NCBI RefSeq assembly: GCF_006345805.1
Contig: NC_042997.1
Coordinates: forward strand, 188,232,001-188,296,000
DNA length: 64,000 nt
Reading direction: 5' to 3'
Origin: Octopus sinensis
Taxonomy: Eukaryota
The notes beneath the pieces were generated by a model that was not told the DNA's origin, ran no database searches, and was given only the letters and a program-made list of their open reading frames with translations. Position 1 is the first letter of the stretch, and each line of letters starts with the position of its first letter. Positions 63,256 to 64,000 of the stretch are shown piece by piece. The translations under genes and the position numbers were made by a program.

Positions 63256-63409
63256 TATACATATATTTTGTAAAATATATATACATACATGTAATTTAAC
63301 AACTTCACCAATGTACTACTCTGGCCTACTTCTTTATTTACCAACCCTGAAATGATGAAAGGAAGAGCAAGATCCTGTTCAATATTGAACAGACAAAAAT
63401 CTTGAAGAC

Positions 63410-63530
63410 GTGAGTTCCTTTAAATACCTGGATCCTCTTTGAGCAAGGATGGTAGCTCAATTAAGGAGATTAAAACCTAAATTCATCTTTGCCTTATCTG
63501 CCATGACAAAACTGAATGCTTTATGGAATT
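63410..63530 (+). mobile_element. RTE-like RT fragment
   Basis: SFKYLGS, SKDGSSIKEIK, AMTKLNALW. Confidence 0.6.
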
Positions 63531-64000
63531 CAGTTTTCCCACGAAGCTCTTTGGTAGGTGGTGGTCCAGTCCAGATTGTCACTCAGCAGCTGGTTGTTGT
63601 ATTGTTTAACGTTTCCAATAACTTGTAACTAATTATGTATATTTATCTTCTCTGTTTAGTTTCCATTGTGTAGTGTTGCAGAGGAGTATTGTCAACCAAA
63701 TTACTAACCCGACAGGTAACAGATGGTGTTTACTTCGGTAGTAATTCTGCCTGTTAACGAATGGTGTGTGAGACCTTATCATTGTCTATTTGATGCAAAA
63801 CTAATATATATTGTAACCGTAATGCTGGAATACATTTATTACATGTTAATTGTAAGTGTGGTTCTTATATCATGAGACTAGAGTTCTAATGAGGACAAGA
63901 TCCAGTTGTCAAACCTTTTAGGGCTAAAAAGTAGGGTGTTTCCTGAGATTTATCATGAAAAAATTGATACGTATGAGCCTAGAAATATGGTTCACATACA

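Overview
AT-rich, microsatellite-dense animal DNA with no host gene that I can recognise; it reads as intronic or intergenic. The repeat families look like those of octopus (coleoid cephalopod) genomes, which is my recognition and has not been checked by a search. Most of the window is nested, decayed mobile DNA: at least three tRNA-headed SINE groups (labelled A, B, I here), many RTE-clade LINE pieces with (GAT)n tails and a tandem-repeat 3' UTR, a BovB-like RTE, two R4/Dong-type fragments, a Penelope-like element (RT + GIY-YIG), a Ty3/gypsy pol relic, Tc1/mariner (incl. DD37D), piggyBac-type and hAT remnants, two Helitron-type and two Helentron/HINE-type elements. All long His/Tyr/Ile, Cys/Val, poly-E and poly-P ORFs are microsatellite translations. 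Best leads: (1) at 46.0-47.8 kb, short (TA)n-embedded units carrying minimal hammerhead ribozyme folds (one with an intact core, one head-to-head pair with a compensatory U3-A8 core) next to two long fold-backs; (2) a PHD-finger-like C4HC3 motif inserted inside the RTE reverse transcriptase; (3) a 175-bp inverted templated duplication containing a cruciform palindrome; (4) modular head/tail swapping among SINEs. Boundaries of degenerate elements are approximate.
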